DNA of 64,000 bases from Mobula birostris (taxonomy: Eukaryota). A program made the translations under genes and the position numbers. This document shows, in pieces, positions 24,494-37,564 of this stretch (positions are counted from its first letter, which is position 1; every line of letters begins with the position of its first letter). The stretch spans positions 3,550,613 through 3,614,612 of the forward strand of contig NC_092392.1 of NCBI RefSeq assembly GCF_030028105.1. The letters run 5' to 3'. Below the pieces are notes generated by a model. That model had not been told where the DNA came from, did not search any database, and was given only the letters and a program-made list of their open reading frames with translations.

Positions 24494-25039
24494 CTAAAGT
24501 AAGAAAGGAAACAAGACACATACATTTATGAGAAAACAAATGAGAAGGGTACCAAGGTCAATTAAGTGATTTACTAAAAATGTGCTCTTGCAGTACATCT
24601 ACCTAAGTTTCTATATTCTCATTAAGATAATACATTCCAATAAACACAACATATCCACCTAATGAACCTTCTCTTGTTCTAATTTGGCTGATTAGCAATG
24701 TGCACTGTTCAAGATCAGTATTCATTGTCCAACCTTAATTGCAAGGCCACTTCTGAATCATCTGCAGCAGGACAGGGCAGGTAAGGACGGCAGATTTCCT
24801 TCCATGAAGGCTATTTGTGAATATGATTGATTTTTTTTTACAAGAATCTATTTTCATGGTAACCATAACTGATACTAGCTTTTTATTTAATTATTCCAAC
24901 AAATTCAAATTAGTGTCTCTGGGTTGGTCAATATCCATTTCTCTAAAACCTGCTCTTTTTTTTTAAACAAAACTATAAAAGTTTATTTACAGGTCAGTCA
25001 CAGCCACATTGCTAATGTGCATCATCTTCTCTCACAGGA

Positions 25040-26342
25040 TAAAACAGGAAATAGCAGGGGTACTTAGTGAATACTTTACTTTAGTATTCACTATGGAAAA
25101 GAACCTTGGTGACTGCATTGCAGACTGAAAAGCTTGAGCATGTAGACATTAAGAAAGGGGATGTACTGGAGCTTTTGGAAAGCATCAAGTTGGATAAATC
25201 GCCAGGACCGGATGAGATGTACCCCAGGCTACTGTGGGAGGTGAGGGAGGAGATTGATGAGCCTCTGGCGATGATCTTTGAATCATCAATGGGGACGGGA
25301 GAGGTTCCGGAGGATTGGAGGGTTGTGAATGTCGTTCCTTTATTCAAGAAAGGGAATAGAGATAGCCCAGGAAATTATAGACCAGTGAGTCTGACTTCAG
25401 TAATTGGTAAGTTGATGGAGAAGATCCTGAGAGGCAGGATTTATGAACATTTGGAGAGGAAACTGGGCTGAGAAGTGGCAGATGGAGTTCAACCCAGATA
25501 AGTGTGAAGTGGTTCATTTTAGTCATAGTCATAGTAATACTTTATTAATCCCGGGGGAAATTGGTTAAATTTTGGAAGGTCAAATATGATGGCAGAATAT
25601 AGTATTAATGGTAAGACTCTTGGCAGTTTGGAAGATCAGAGGGATCTTTGGGTCCAAATCCATAGGACGCTCAAAGCAGCTGTGCAAGTTGACGCTCTGA
25701 TTAAGAAGGCATACAGTGTATTGGCCTTCATTAATCGTGGAATTGAATTTAGGAACTGAGGGGTAAAGTTGCAGCTATATAGGATCCTGGTCAGACCCCA
25801 CTTGGAGTACTGTGCTTAGTTCCGGTCGCCTCACTACAGGAAGGATGTGGAAGCCATAGAAAGGGTGCAGAAGAGATTTACAAGGATGTTGCCTGGATTG
25901 GAGAGTATGCCTTATGAAAACAGGTTGAGTGAACTCGGCCTTTTTTCCTTGGATCGACGGAGGATGAGAGGTGACCTGATAGAGGTGTATAAGATGATGA
26001 GAGGCATTGATCATGTGGATAGTCAGAGGCTTTTTTCCAGGGCTGAAATGGTTGCCACAAGAGAATACAGGTTTAAGGTGCTGGGGAGTAGGTACAGAGG
26101 TGATGTCAGAGGTAAGTTTTTTACTCGGAGAGTGGTGAGTGTGTGGAATGAGCTGCCGGCAACGGTGGTGGAGGCGGATACGATAGGGTCTTTTAAGAGG
26201 CTTTTGGATAGGTACATGGAGCTTAGAAAAACAGAGGGCAATGGGGAAGTCTAGTAATTTCGAAGGTAGGGATATGTTCAGTACAACTTTGTGGGCTGAA
26301 GGGCCTGTATTGTGCTGTAGGTTTTCTATGTTTCTATGTTTC
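25040..26342 (+). mobile_element. CR1 LINE with internal deletion of most of the RT core
   Basis: DKSPGPDEMYPR...NYRPVSLTS (25106-25460) jumps directly to WQMEFN...; C-terminus at 25847-26254; tttctatg tail. Confidence 0.9.
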
Positions 26343-26394
26343 CTTCTCTTCATTATATTCACAACACACCTTCAGTGTATAAATGAAATATGGC

Positions 26395-26510
26395 CAGTCC
26401 TGGTGAAGGGTCTCAGCCTGAAACTTTGACTGTTTATTCCTCTCCATAGATGCTGCCTGACCTGCTGTTTGTTACCCTGGATTTCCAGCATCTTCAGAAT
26501 CTCCTGTGTT
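26395..26510 (+). mobile_element. Penelope pseudo-LTR fragment with mutated hammerhead
   Basis: cagtcCTGGTGAagggtctcagcctGAAActttgactg followed by gatgctgcctgacctgctg. Confidence 0.7.
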
Positions 26511-27419
26511 TACGCCATAAAATAAATTCAAGTTAACTTTATTTGGTCCAACAGTAAGATGGTGTTACAGAGCAGTCACCAATGTTTGGCTGATGGGGCT
26601 TAAACACACTCCCAATTTGATTAATTTCAGCAGAAATAGTGACTAGAAGCAAAGAAATAGACAGACGCAGAAGGACACAATGAGCTGCCAGTGCAAGTGG
26701 TGGATAGGGAGTTCAATTTCAGCATTTAAGGGAATTATGGATGGAGGGGTACGGAGGGCAATGGCCCAGATCGATGGGATTGGGCAGAATAACAGCATAA
26801 TTCAGACTAGATGGGCTGTAGAGCTTGTTTTCTGTCCTATGGCTCTACTGTTAGTAATGGATTATCAGCTATTGTTTGACTGTGTTTTGACATCTCATAT
26901 GTCTGTTGATTCTGGATGCATGCTTTAATCCGAACAGATCTACAATATCTGCAGTTTCGACGGGCCAAACAGCCACCCCTCATTTCCTGTTCTCCTCTGC
27001 TCTTGAACTTCATGTTATGATTGGAGCATTTTGCAAAGAACTGTAAAACAAAATTTGTGTGGGAAGAAAAAGAAAACTCGGGAAAAAGCCTCATATCATC
27101 CAGAAACCAATTTACACCGCACTTCTGAAACTTTATAATGGTACATAGACAGTAAAAAGAATTGCACTTCACACATCAGGAACAGAAAGTTAATGGAATT
27201 ATGTAGGTGTCAAAATGTGCCTCATCATTCACTCTAAAAATAACAAGGAGATTAAACAAAATATTGTGTAACATTGCGTTTGGTTTTGGTAACTGAACTT
27301 CAAGAATATGATTCAGGGGTACAGGGGTGGTATAGTGGGTAAATTAAATTTTTTTATCTCATTTAGAAATACAGAACAGTAACAGGCTCTTTTGGCCCAA
27401 AAAGCCCAGGCCACCCAAT

Positions 27420-28330
27420 TAAAATAGAACTATAGAACACTACAGCAGAGAAAAAGGCCTTTTGGCCCACCTAGTTCATGCTAAACCATTAGTCGCCCCG
27501 TCCCATCAACTTGCACCTGGACCATAACCAGAAACCCTCCCCTCTATGCACCTATCCAAATGTCTCTTAAATCCTGAAATCCAACCCACATCCACCACTT
27601 GTGCTGCCAGTTCATTTCACACTCTCACTACCTTCCGAGTAAAGAAGATCCTCTTAAACATTTCACCTATCACCCTTAACCCATGACCTCCAGTTCTAGT
27701 CTCACTCAACCTCAGTGAAAAAACCTACTTACATTTACCCTGTCTAAATCCCTCATAATTCTGTATACCTCTATCAAATCTCCTTTCAATCTTCTACGTT
27801 CTAGGAAATAAAGTCCTAATCTGTTTAACCCTTCCCTTGAGCTTAGGTCTTCAAGTCCCAGCAACATCCTTGTAAATTTTCTCTGCACACTTTCAATCTG
27901 ATTTACATTTTTCCTGCAGGTACATGACCAATACTGCACACAATACTCCAAACTGGGCCTCACCAACACCTTATACAATTTCAACATAATATCCCAACTC
28001 CTGTACTCAATATAATGATTATCGAAGGCCAATGTGCCAAAAGCTTTCTTTAGAATCCATTTACCAGTGACTTATATGACTATGGAATTATGAATCTGTA
28101 TTCCCAGATCTCTCTGTTCTACCACAGTCCTCAGTGCCCTACTGTTCACTGTGTAAGACCTACCCTGGTTGGTCCTCCCAAAGTGCAACTCCACACACTT
28201 GTCTGCGTTAACTTCCATCTGACTTCTTCCAGCTGGTCCAGATCCCACAGCAAGCTTTAATAATCTTCCTCGCTATCCACTACACCCTCAATCTTGATGT
28301 CATCCACAAATTTGCAGATCCAGCTTATTA
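27420..28330 (-). mobile_element. CR1 LINE 3' part
   Basis: ORF 27712-28032 reads LYKVLVRPSLEYCVQYW...RRRLKGDLIEVY; CKFVDDIKI near 28300. Confidence 0.88.
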
Positions 28331-29372
28331 TCCAGATGATTAATACATAGTACCATACTAAAGCCTTAGGCACATATATATACATGTAGCTAAGGTGCCT
28401 AAGACTTTTGTGCACCGCTGTTGTAATTTTATGTATTACACTGCACTGCTGCCACAAAAAAAACTAATTTCAAGACATATTAGGGATAGTCAGCGTAGCT
28501 TTGTGCATAGCAGGTCATGTCTAAACAATCTTATAATTTTTCAAGGAAGTTATCAGGAAAGTTGATGAAGGCAAGGCAGTGGATGTTGTCTACATGTACT
28601 CCAGCAAAGCATCTGACAAGGTTCCGCATGGGAAGTTGGTCAAGAAGGTTCATTTGCTTGGCATTCAAGACGAGGTAGTAAATTGGATTGGACACTGGCT
28701 TTGTGGGAGAAGCCAGGGAGTGGTAGTAGTAGATGGTTCCTTCGCTGACTGGAGGCCAGTGACTAGTGGAGTGCTGCAGGTATTACTGTTGGGTCCATTG
28801 TTGTTTGTCACCTATATCAACGATCTGGATGATAATGTGGTTAAATGGATTAACAAATTTACAGACACCAAGATTGGGAGTGCAGTGGACAGCAAAGAAG
28901 ATATCAAAGTTTGCAGTGGGATCTGGACGAGCTGAAAAAAATGGACTGAAAAATGGCAGATGGAATTTAATGCAGACACGTGTGAGGTGTTGCACTCTGG
29001 GGTGGCCAACCAGGGTAGGTCTTACACAGTGCATGTTAAGATACTGAGGAGTGTAGTAGAACACAGGCATCTGGGAATACAGGTCCATAATTCATTGAAG
29101 GTGGCATCATAGGTAAATAGGGTCACAAAGAAAGCTTTTGGCACATTGGTCTTTGTAGATCAAAGTATTGAGTACAGGAAATGGGATGTTATATTGCAGT
29201 TGTGAGGTCTAATCTGGAGTACTGTGTGCAGTTTTGGTCACCTACTTACAGGAAAGATGTAAATAAGGTTGAAAGAGTCCAGAGAAAATTCACAAGAATG
29301 TTGCTGAGACTGGAGGGCCCATGTTATATGGAAAGATTGAATAGGTTAGAACTTCATTCCTGGGGTGTAGTA

Positions 29373-30968
29373 TAAACCCCATTTCCAGAAAAGTTGGGAT
29401 ATTTTCCAAAATGCAATAAAAACAAAAATCTGTGATATGTTAATTCACATGAGCCTTCATTTAACTGACAAAAGTACAAAGAAAAGATTTTCAATAGTTT
29501 TACTGACCAACTTAATTGTATTTTGTAAACATACACAAATTTAGAATTTGATGGCTGCAACACACTCAACAAAAGTTGGGACAGAGGCATGTTTACCATT
29601 GTGTTACATCACCTTCCCTTTTAATAACACTTTTCAATCATTTTGGAACTGAGGATACTAACTGTACTAGATTTGCAATTGGAAATTTTGTCCATTCGTG
29701 CTTGATACATAAGACTTCAGCTGCTCAACAGTCCGTGGTCTCCATTGTCTGATTCTCCTCTTCATGATGCGCCATACATTTTCAATAGGAGATAGATCTG
29801 GACTGGCAGCAGGCCAGCCAAGCACACACACTCTGTGTCTACAAAGCCACGCTGTTGTAGCCCGTGCAGAATGTGGTCTGGCATTGTCCTGCTGAAATAA
29901 GCATGGATGTCCCGGGAAGAGACGTCGCCTTGATGGCAACATACGTCTCTCTAAAATCCTAATATACACCTTAGAGTCAATGGTACCTTCACATACATGC
30001 AACTCACCCATGCCGTGGGCACTGATGCACCCCCATACCATCACAGATGCTGGCTTTTGCACCTTTCGCTGATAACAATCTGGATGCTCGTTTTCATCTT
30101 TGGCACTCAACACCCGTTTCTTCCGAAAACTAGATGAAATGTGGACTCATCTGACCACAGCACACGGTTCCACAGTCTTTCGGTCCATCTGAGATGAGCT
30201 CGGGCCCAGAGAACTTGCTGGCGTTTCTGCATAGAGTTGATGTATGGCTTCCTCCTTGAGTAATACAGTTTCAAGTTGCATTTCTGGATGCAGCGACGGA
30301 CTGTGTTGAGTGACAATGGTTCTCTGAAGTACTCCCGAGCCCAGGTGGCTATAATTGTTACAGTAGCATGATGGTTTCTTAGGCAGTGCCACCTGAGGGC
30401 TCGAAGATCATGCGCAGTCAACAGTGGTTTCCGACCTTGCGCTTTATGCACTAAGTCTCTGAATTCTCTGAATCTTTTCACAATATTATGTACTGTAGAT
30501 GTTGAAAGACTTAAATTCTCTGAAATCTTGCGTTGAGAAATGTTCCTTTTGAACTGACTAACAATTCTCTCACGAATTTTGGCACAAAGGGGTGAGCCAT
30601 GACCCATCCTTGCTTGCAAAGACTGAGCCTTTGATGGACGCTACTTTTATACCCAGTCATGATACCTCACCTGCTACCAATTAGCCTGCTTAATGTGGAG
30701 TCTTCCAAACCAGTGTTACTTGAATATTCTGTGCAGTTTTCAATCTTATTTTAACTCTGTCCCAACTTTTGTTGAGTGTGTTGCAGCCATCAATTTTTAA
30801 ATTTGTGTATATTTAAAAAATACAATTAAGTTGGTCAGTAAAACTATTGAAAATCTTTTCTTTGTACTTTTGTCAGTTAAATAAAGGTTCACGTGAATTA
30901 ACATATCACAGATTATTGTTTTTATTGCATTTTGGAAAATATCCCAACTTTTCTGGAAAAGGGGTTTG
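29373..30968 (-). mobile_element. Near full-length Tc1 transposon (~1.6 kb) with ~214-bp IR/DR-type TIRs and TA duplication
   Basis: TA at 29371-29372 and 30969-30970. TIRs at ~29373-29586 and ~30755-30968, each containing aaaagttggga twice. Confidence 0.95.
29593..30607 (-). pseudogene. Tc1 DD34E transposase, frameshifted
   Basis: MGHGSPLCAKIRERIV...WSDES...SVMVWGCISAHG...FQQDNARPH...SPDLSPIENVW, with 34 residues between D and E. Frameshifts near 30110 and 29700; ends GDVTQW*. Confidence 0.92.
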
Positions 30969-31914
30969 TAGATTGAGGGGAGAATTGACAGAGGAATACA
31001 AAATTATGAAGGGTAGAAATAGGGTAAATGGAAGCAGGTTGGGTGAAGCTACAATTAGAAGTCATGGGTTAAGCTGAAAGGTGAAATGCTTAAGGGGAAC
31101 ATGTGGGAAATTTCTTCACTCAGAGGGTGGTGAGAGTGTGGAATGATCTGTTAGCACAAGTGGTGGATGCAATTTTTGATTTTAACATTTAAGAGAGGTA
31201 CATAAATGGGAGGGGTATGGAAGGCTATGGTCCAGGTGCAGGTCGAAGGGACTAGTTAGATTAAGTGGCTCGACATTGTCTAGATGGGCTGAAGGACCTG
31301 TTTCTGTGCTGTAGTTTTCTATGACTGTCTGTGAGGGATGATAAATCTCATTACAGTATGGCCTCTATTGAAGAGTGAGACTGGGAAGGGGGCAAGGAGA
31401 GGGGAATCATGGCTGGGAAAAGGGGAAGAGAGAGGGGAGGGAGCAGGAAGCACCAGAGACATTCTGTAATAACCAATAAACCAATTGTTTGGAATTATAT
31501 GGCTTTTCCTGTTGCCTCAGGGCTGGGTGTGTTTGTACCTGTGCCAACCCTTGCCCCTAGCAATCTTTCTCCACCACATACCCTACACCCTACACCCCTC
31601 CTGCGGCACTCCACCCTCACCATTCTCAACATCCTTTGCTTTAGATATAAAAAACATGGACCCAACACTGATACACCAATCCCTGCAGCAAACCACTCGT
31701 CACAGTCCTCCATTCAAAGAGGCAAACATCTACTACACTCTGGCTTCTTCAATTTTACAACTTTATCTTGAATGCCACTCTCCCATTCAGGATCTTGTCA
31801 AATGCCAACTTGCCTGGTATCTTCCACAAAATACCCTATAGCTTTATATTACACCCATGTGACCAAATTAACCTACTAACCTGCAGATTTTTTGAATGTG
31901 GGGAGGAAACCAAA

Positions 31915-32350
31915 GCACCTCCATTGACTGCAGTTCAGCTTTCAACATTATCATCCCCTTAAAAATAATCACTAAGCTCCAAGACTTAGGTCTCGATACT
32001 TCCCTATGTAACTGGTTCTTCAATGTCCTCCCTTGCAGATCCCAGTCCATATGGATTAACAACTTCTCCTCCACAATCCCCATCAGCAAGGCTGTGTGCT
32101 TAGCCCCCTGCTCTACTCACTCTACACTTACGATTGTGTGGATAAGTACAACTCCAACGCCATATTTAAGCTTGCTGATGACACCACTGTCGTTGGCCAA
32201 ATCAAAGGTGGTGACGAGTCAGCATATAGCTGGAGGATTGAAAATCTGGCTGAATGGAGTCACAGAAACAACCTCTCACTCAACGTCAGCAAAACCAAGA
32301 GCTGCTCATTGATGACTTATACGTACCTCGGTAATAAATTTACTTTGACC
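31915..32350 (+). mobile_element. Rex1-type LINE RT fragment
   Basis: IDCSSAFNII...LSPLLYSLYTYDC...IFKLADDTTVVG...LNVSKTK. Confidence 0.82.
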
Positions 32351-32589
32351 TTGACGCTCAGAGGAAACTCACACGACCATGGGGAGAACATACAAATTCC
32401 TTACAGACATTGTCGGAATTAAACCTAGGTCGCTGGCACAGCAAAAGCGTTGCACTAACTGCTATGCTATGCTACCATGCTGCTGAACCATATTAGTGTA
32501 CCAGTAATGCAGAGGCTTTGACTGAGACCAAATCCCTGTTAATAACTTCAACTAAAAAAACCTAGTAACTAATAATAATGAACAATAAC

Positions 32590-32735
32590 ATGAATTGCTT
32601 TGAAAGCCACTCTGGTTTACTAAAGCACTTCAGAGAAGGACACGCCCTTCCTCACCTGCTCTAGTCTAGATGTGACTCCGTCCATAGATATCTAGAGAGA
32701 GGCAATAATTACTGGCTTCGTCAGGGGTACAAAGA
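32590..32735 (+). mobile_element. DeuSINE-like fragment
   Basis: ctctggtttactaaagcacttcagagaagga...ctagatgtgactcc resembles the Deu domain. Related fragments at ~24720-24870 (-), ~40200-40520 and ~48200-48330. Confidence 0.45.
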
Positions 32736-34621
32736 TCATAAAAAATGAATGCATTAAAAATTGCAAATTGAAAGTGATGTTATATAATAGTCCATGGAGA
32801 TGAAGAGGTTAAAAGATTATCTGACCAAGATATTTAAATAACAGCGTTGAGTGGATACAAAGCAGGCTCTCCGTTTCAGGAATTGTGAACAAATGGATAA
32901 TTGTAAATGAAGAAAAGAGTGTCTAAATCTCAGACCAGCACATATGTCACAAGATGTTTAAGAGATAGGCAAGTAATTACGAAGCAAAAGAACTTTCACA
33001 TATGCAATGCCATTTCCACCCCCCCCCCCGCCCACGATTCTAAAGTGCTTCAAGGCAATGAATTCTTCTTGATGCAGTCACTGCTACAATGCAGGCTATT
33101 GGCACAGTCAGTAAGGGTCCCAAAGCAGGAAATGAAAGACTGAATGATGTGTTATTTCGATTTTAGTAGTGTTGCTTTGAAAGCGCGGTGTTGAACAGGG
33201 CACCTGCAGAATTTCCTTTTCCATCTTGAGTATTGTCACGGGAAATTGACATACAGCTGATCAGCCAGAAGAGATCTTGGCCTAACATTTTACCTAAAAT
33301 AAAGGCATTACAAGATACAGAGGGGGTAAAAAAAACTGGAAATGAGATGAGGGTTCCACCCTATGGAATAAGTGAAAGGAAGGCTTGACACTGCAAATAG
33401 CTTAATCTGTCTTTAAGTTACAGTTTAACTTTACCTGCTTCATAAAAAACATTTGCTCCAAAGAACACGACGTTCAGTCGTACATTTCACATGCATCTTA
33501 TTCTGAATAACTTTTAAGTTAACTGCTAGGACTGAAATACAAACTGGCACGCTTCTATAATACTGCGATGGCACAGATTTTGATGTCAGCACCAATTACC
33601 AATGCAATCTATTCATCTTCTTATCTACTCCCCTGACGACGAGGATGACTTGTTCACACTCTGTGGTTTCTGAGGCCAATGAGGCCCACGTGGAAACTGC
33701 AGTCTTCCACAGATGGGGCAGACAGACGGGTAAGCCTGGGAGGTGACACCCCGTTCTGCTGCTCAGGCAGAGCTTCTGGGCACCTTGAAGTTCTCAATAC
33801 CATCTTGAATGCTCTTTCTTCTCTATGAGCCGTCATGGACCAGAGGTTCCCAGTGTGGATGATGCACTTAAATTTTTTTCTCTCTCTGACTGATATCTAC
33901 TTCCATGCCAGAGCTAGGAACGAAGTGTCTATTTCTGGCATCCATCATGCAAATGATTTGGCCAGCCCAGCAAAACTGTCCGAGAATGACCAAGCAACGT
34001 AAGGAATGCTGGCCTGGGGGATCACAAAAATGATGGTTTGCTTGTCCTTCCAGTTAACATTGACGATTTTGCTGAGACAACATTGGTGGTATTTTGTATT
34101 TGAATGGACAAGTACAAACCTTTTAGTGGTGTGCTTAGTGCATAAAGTTCAGTCTCTGGAACAACAGAGGTCCCAGATCTACCGTATGAATCTGATATGA
34201 TCTATATGATTATCTTTTGCAAGCATCTCAAGGCACTGGAAAGACACCACCAATATCATCTCTGTAAAATCCTCTAAATTCCTTGGAGAATAAGCAAACA
34301 TATTATTGTCCTCTTCTGGACCCACATTCCCATTACTGAGGCTCCAAGTTTCACTCAGTCAGCCATACAGGCCAGGCCATTTTATTTTGCATGGTTGACA
34401 TGCTCCTGAAACAGACAATGTATTCTGAATTCTGTTCTGGAAAGAGATAACTGGGCAGATAGGGAAACAGATCTAACAATGTGCTTGCTCCATTGAAAGA
34501 ATTGCCACTGACTCCCGAGAACCTCCATCCCATGATGGCTCAAAGTGGAAAAGAAACATTTGGAATGGTGCTGAGAACCTGAAGGGATTGCATCAAGGTC
34601 CCTCAGAGGCCTGTGTAAGCA

Positions 34622-36258
34622 GTGAGAAACAGGAAAGGTATGGCCACATTAGTGGGATTGTATTACAGACCACCCAATAGTCAAAATTTCCCCTTTGAAG
34701 GCTTCCCACCTACCAATCACACCTTTGCCAGAGAACAACCAGGGGGGAACTGGAAGAAGGCCAAATTTGAAGAAATGAGAAAGGATCTAAAAAGCGTGGA
34801 TTGGGACAGGTTGTTCTCTGGCAAAGGTGTGATTGGTAGGTGGGAAGCCTTCAAAGGGGAAATTTTGAGAGTGCAGAGTTTGTATGTTCCTGTCAGGATT
34901 AAAGGCAAATTGAATAGGAATAAGGAACCTTGGTTCTCAAGGGATATTGCAACTCTGATAAAGAAGAAGAGGGAGTTGTATGAAATGTATAGGAATCAAG
35001 GGGTAAATCAGGAGCTTGAGGAGTATAAGAAGTGCAAGAAAATACTTAAGAAAGAAATCAGGAGGGCAAAAAGAAGACATGAGGTTGCCTTGGCAGTCAA
35101 AGAGAAGGATAATCCAAAGAGCTTTTACAAGTATATTAAGAGCAAAAGGATTGTAAGGGATAAAATTGGTCCTCTTGAAGATCAGAGTGGTCGGCTTTGT
35201 GCGGAACCAAAGGAAATGGGGGAGATCTTAAATAGGTTTTTTGCGTCTGTATTTACTAAGGAAGCTGGCATGAAATCTATGGAATTGAGGGAATCAAGTA
35301 GTGAGACCATGGCAACTGTACAGATTGAAAAGGAAGAGGTGCTTGCTGTCTTGAGGAAAATTAAAGTGGATAAATCCCCGGGACCTGACAGGGTGTTCCC
35401 TCGGACCTTGAAGGAGACTAGTGTTGAAATTGCGGGGGCCCTGGCAGAAATATTTAAAATATCGCTGTCTACGGGTGAAGTGCCGGCGGATTGGAGAGTG
35501 GCTCATGTTGTTCCGTTGTTTAAAAAAGGATCGAAAAGTAATCCGGGAAATTATAGGCTGGTGAGTTTAATGTCAGTAGTAGGTAAGTTATTGGAAGGAG
35601 TACTAAGAGACAGAATCTACAAGCATTTGCATAGACAGGGGCTTATTAGGGAGAGTCAACATGGCTTTGTGCATGGTAGGTCATGTTTGACCAATCTGTT
35701 GGAGTTTTTCGAGGAGGTTACCAGGAAAGTGGATGAAGGGAAGGCAGTGGATATTGTCTACATGGACTTCAGTAAGGCCTTTGACAAGGTCCCGCATGGG
35801 AGGTTAGTTACGAAAATTCAGTCGCTAGGTATACATGGAGAGGTGGTAAATTGGATTGGACATTGGCGTGATGGAAGAAGCCAGAGAGTGGTGGTAGAAA
35901 ATTGCTTCTCTGAGTGGAGGCCTGTGACTAGTGGTGTGCCACAGGGATCAGTGCTGGGTCCATTGTTATTTGTCATCTATATCAATGATCTGGATGATAA
36001 TGTGGTAAATTGGATCAGCAAGTTTGCTGATGATACAAAGATTGGAGGTGTAGTAGACAGTGAGGAAGGTTTTCAGAGCCTGCAGAGGGACTTGGACCAG
36101 CTGGAAAAATGGGCTGAAAAATGGCAGATGGAGTTTAATACTGACAAGTGTGAGGTATTGCACGTTGGAAGGACAAACCAACGTAGAACATACAGGGTTA
36201 ATGGTAAGGCACTGAGGAGTGCAGTGGAACACAGGGATCTGGGAATACAGATACAAAG
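34622..36258 (+). mobile_element. CR1 LINE ORF2 with uninterrupted 546-aa frame covering the RT domain; endonuclease mostly deleted; 3'-truncated
   Basis: [61 protein letters not shown] motifs in one frame. Confidence 0.95.
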
Positions 36259-37428
36259 ATAAATATATCATTGAATAATAAAGAATACAAATCCTTTACT
36301 GATGTAGATCGATTTTCCATGTTTTCTGAGCATTCTGTTCTGTTTAAATTTCTTTCCCGGTGAACTAGTTCTGTCTCTCTGTACTAATTAAACCACAACC
36401 CATTCAGCTACTTGGGTCACTCCACTGTGAGCCTTTTCACCTGCATCACTACATCTCCAAGATATTTAGTGCAGCTGCTTAGTACCATCACAAGACTTTC
36501 AATCGTTTCAATATAACAGATGAAAATTAGTTTAATGCAGTAATTGAATATATTTGTTCTGTGAGCATTCATCGGCAGTGTTGCTCTGTAATTACTTGAT
36601 TGAGTTGCTGCCTTGCATTTCATTTAGGTATTTATAAAACATACTGGCACCAGAACTGAGAGTGGCAACCAGGAAAAGGAAAAGAAGCATTATTTATTCA
36701 TTTGAAGATTGTAATTGCCACTTGCAGAGCCAACATTTATCGCCCGTCACCAATTGCCTATGCACTAGCTGCTGGACCATTTCAATGGGCAGTTACATGT
36801 CAAGAATACTTATCAGACTGGCTAATGATAGCAAATAACAGGAAGGGTTACGAAAATCCAACAGCTTCACATTTACCATTACAAATTCTGTATTTTTACT
36901 CCAAGTATTTTTAATTCCCAGCTCCTGTGACTTATCTGGATCAAAAGACTAAACCAGCAACTTAATCATTTAGTCACCATAAGCCACTGTCAGATTTAGA
37001 TTTGGGATGGAAGGAAGCTCCAGTGGAAGATAACTGTTGGCATGGACCTGCTGGATTGAACTGTCTATCTGTGCTGAAAATTCTGAGTGGAAGCACGCCC
37101 CTCACCTCACCTTTTGCTACACAAGATGCTGATTGCTACTCCTCTGAGTGGCCAATATTTAAAATAAGTGGAGTAAGCAAGGTCAGTCATATCAGATCCT
37201 GTGCCATGAATCAGGCCACAGAACCAACAAGAAAAGTCCGCTGTAACAAAATGATATACTATTGGGCGCAGCTTGAATAAACAAAATTGTCAAGGAATTC
37301 AAAGGATCCAAATGTTAAAATGATTACACAATGTAGAATTGGCAACTTAAGCAGAATTCAATAAATACATCACACCATATATCCAGTGGCCAACCAAACC
37401 CTGTCCCGTTTCTGGTGGCTATGCTCAC

Positions 37429-37564
37429 CTGTCTGGCGTAGTTGATGCAGTGAACATACTGCTTGGCCAGTGCCGAGCAGCTGAGAGTCTGCTCTGGGTT
37501 CTGTTGATAGCAGCGGAGTACATCCTCCTGGAGCTCAGCACAGATGGGTCGAGACTCGTACCTC
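37429..37564 (-). CDS. CHCHD3: CHCHD3/MIC19 penultimate coding exon (CHCH domain)
   Basis: Minus strand reads tttctctcccccag|G AGG TAC GAG TCT CGA ... GCC AGA CAG|gtgagc, 136 nt. It encodes RYESRPICAELQEDVLRCYQQNPEQTLSCSALAKQYVHCINYARQ (CX9C-X10-CX9C), closely matching vertebrate CHCHD3 (RYESHPVCADLQAKILQCYRENTHQTLKCSALATQYMHCVNHAKQ, recalled human sequence). Confidence 0.93.

Larger units (their letters stand above)
28480..31325 (+). mobile_element. CR1 LINE (RT to 3' end) interrupted by Tc1
   Basis: DVVYM..SKA.DKVPH...GPLLFVTYINDLD; the element resumes at 30969 (gattgagggg) and runs to its 3' tail. Confidence 0.88.

Noticed and set aside
24163-24525. 120-aa minus-strand ORF
   Set aside because: A different frame from the true terminal exon; it runs through intron and 3' UTR with no recognisable protein.
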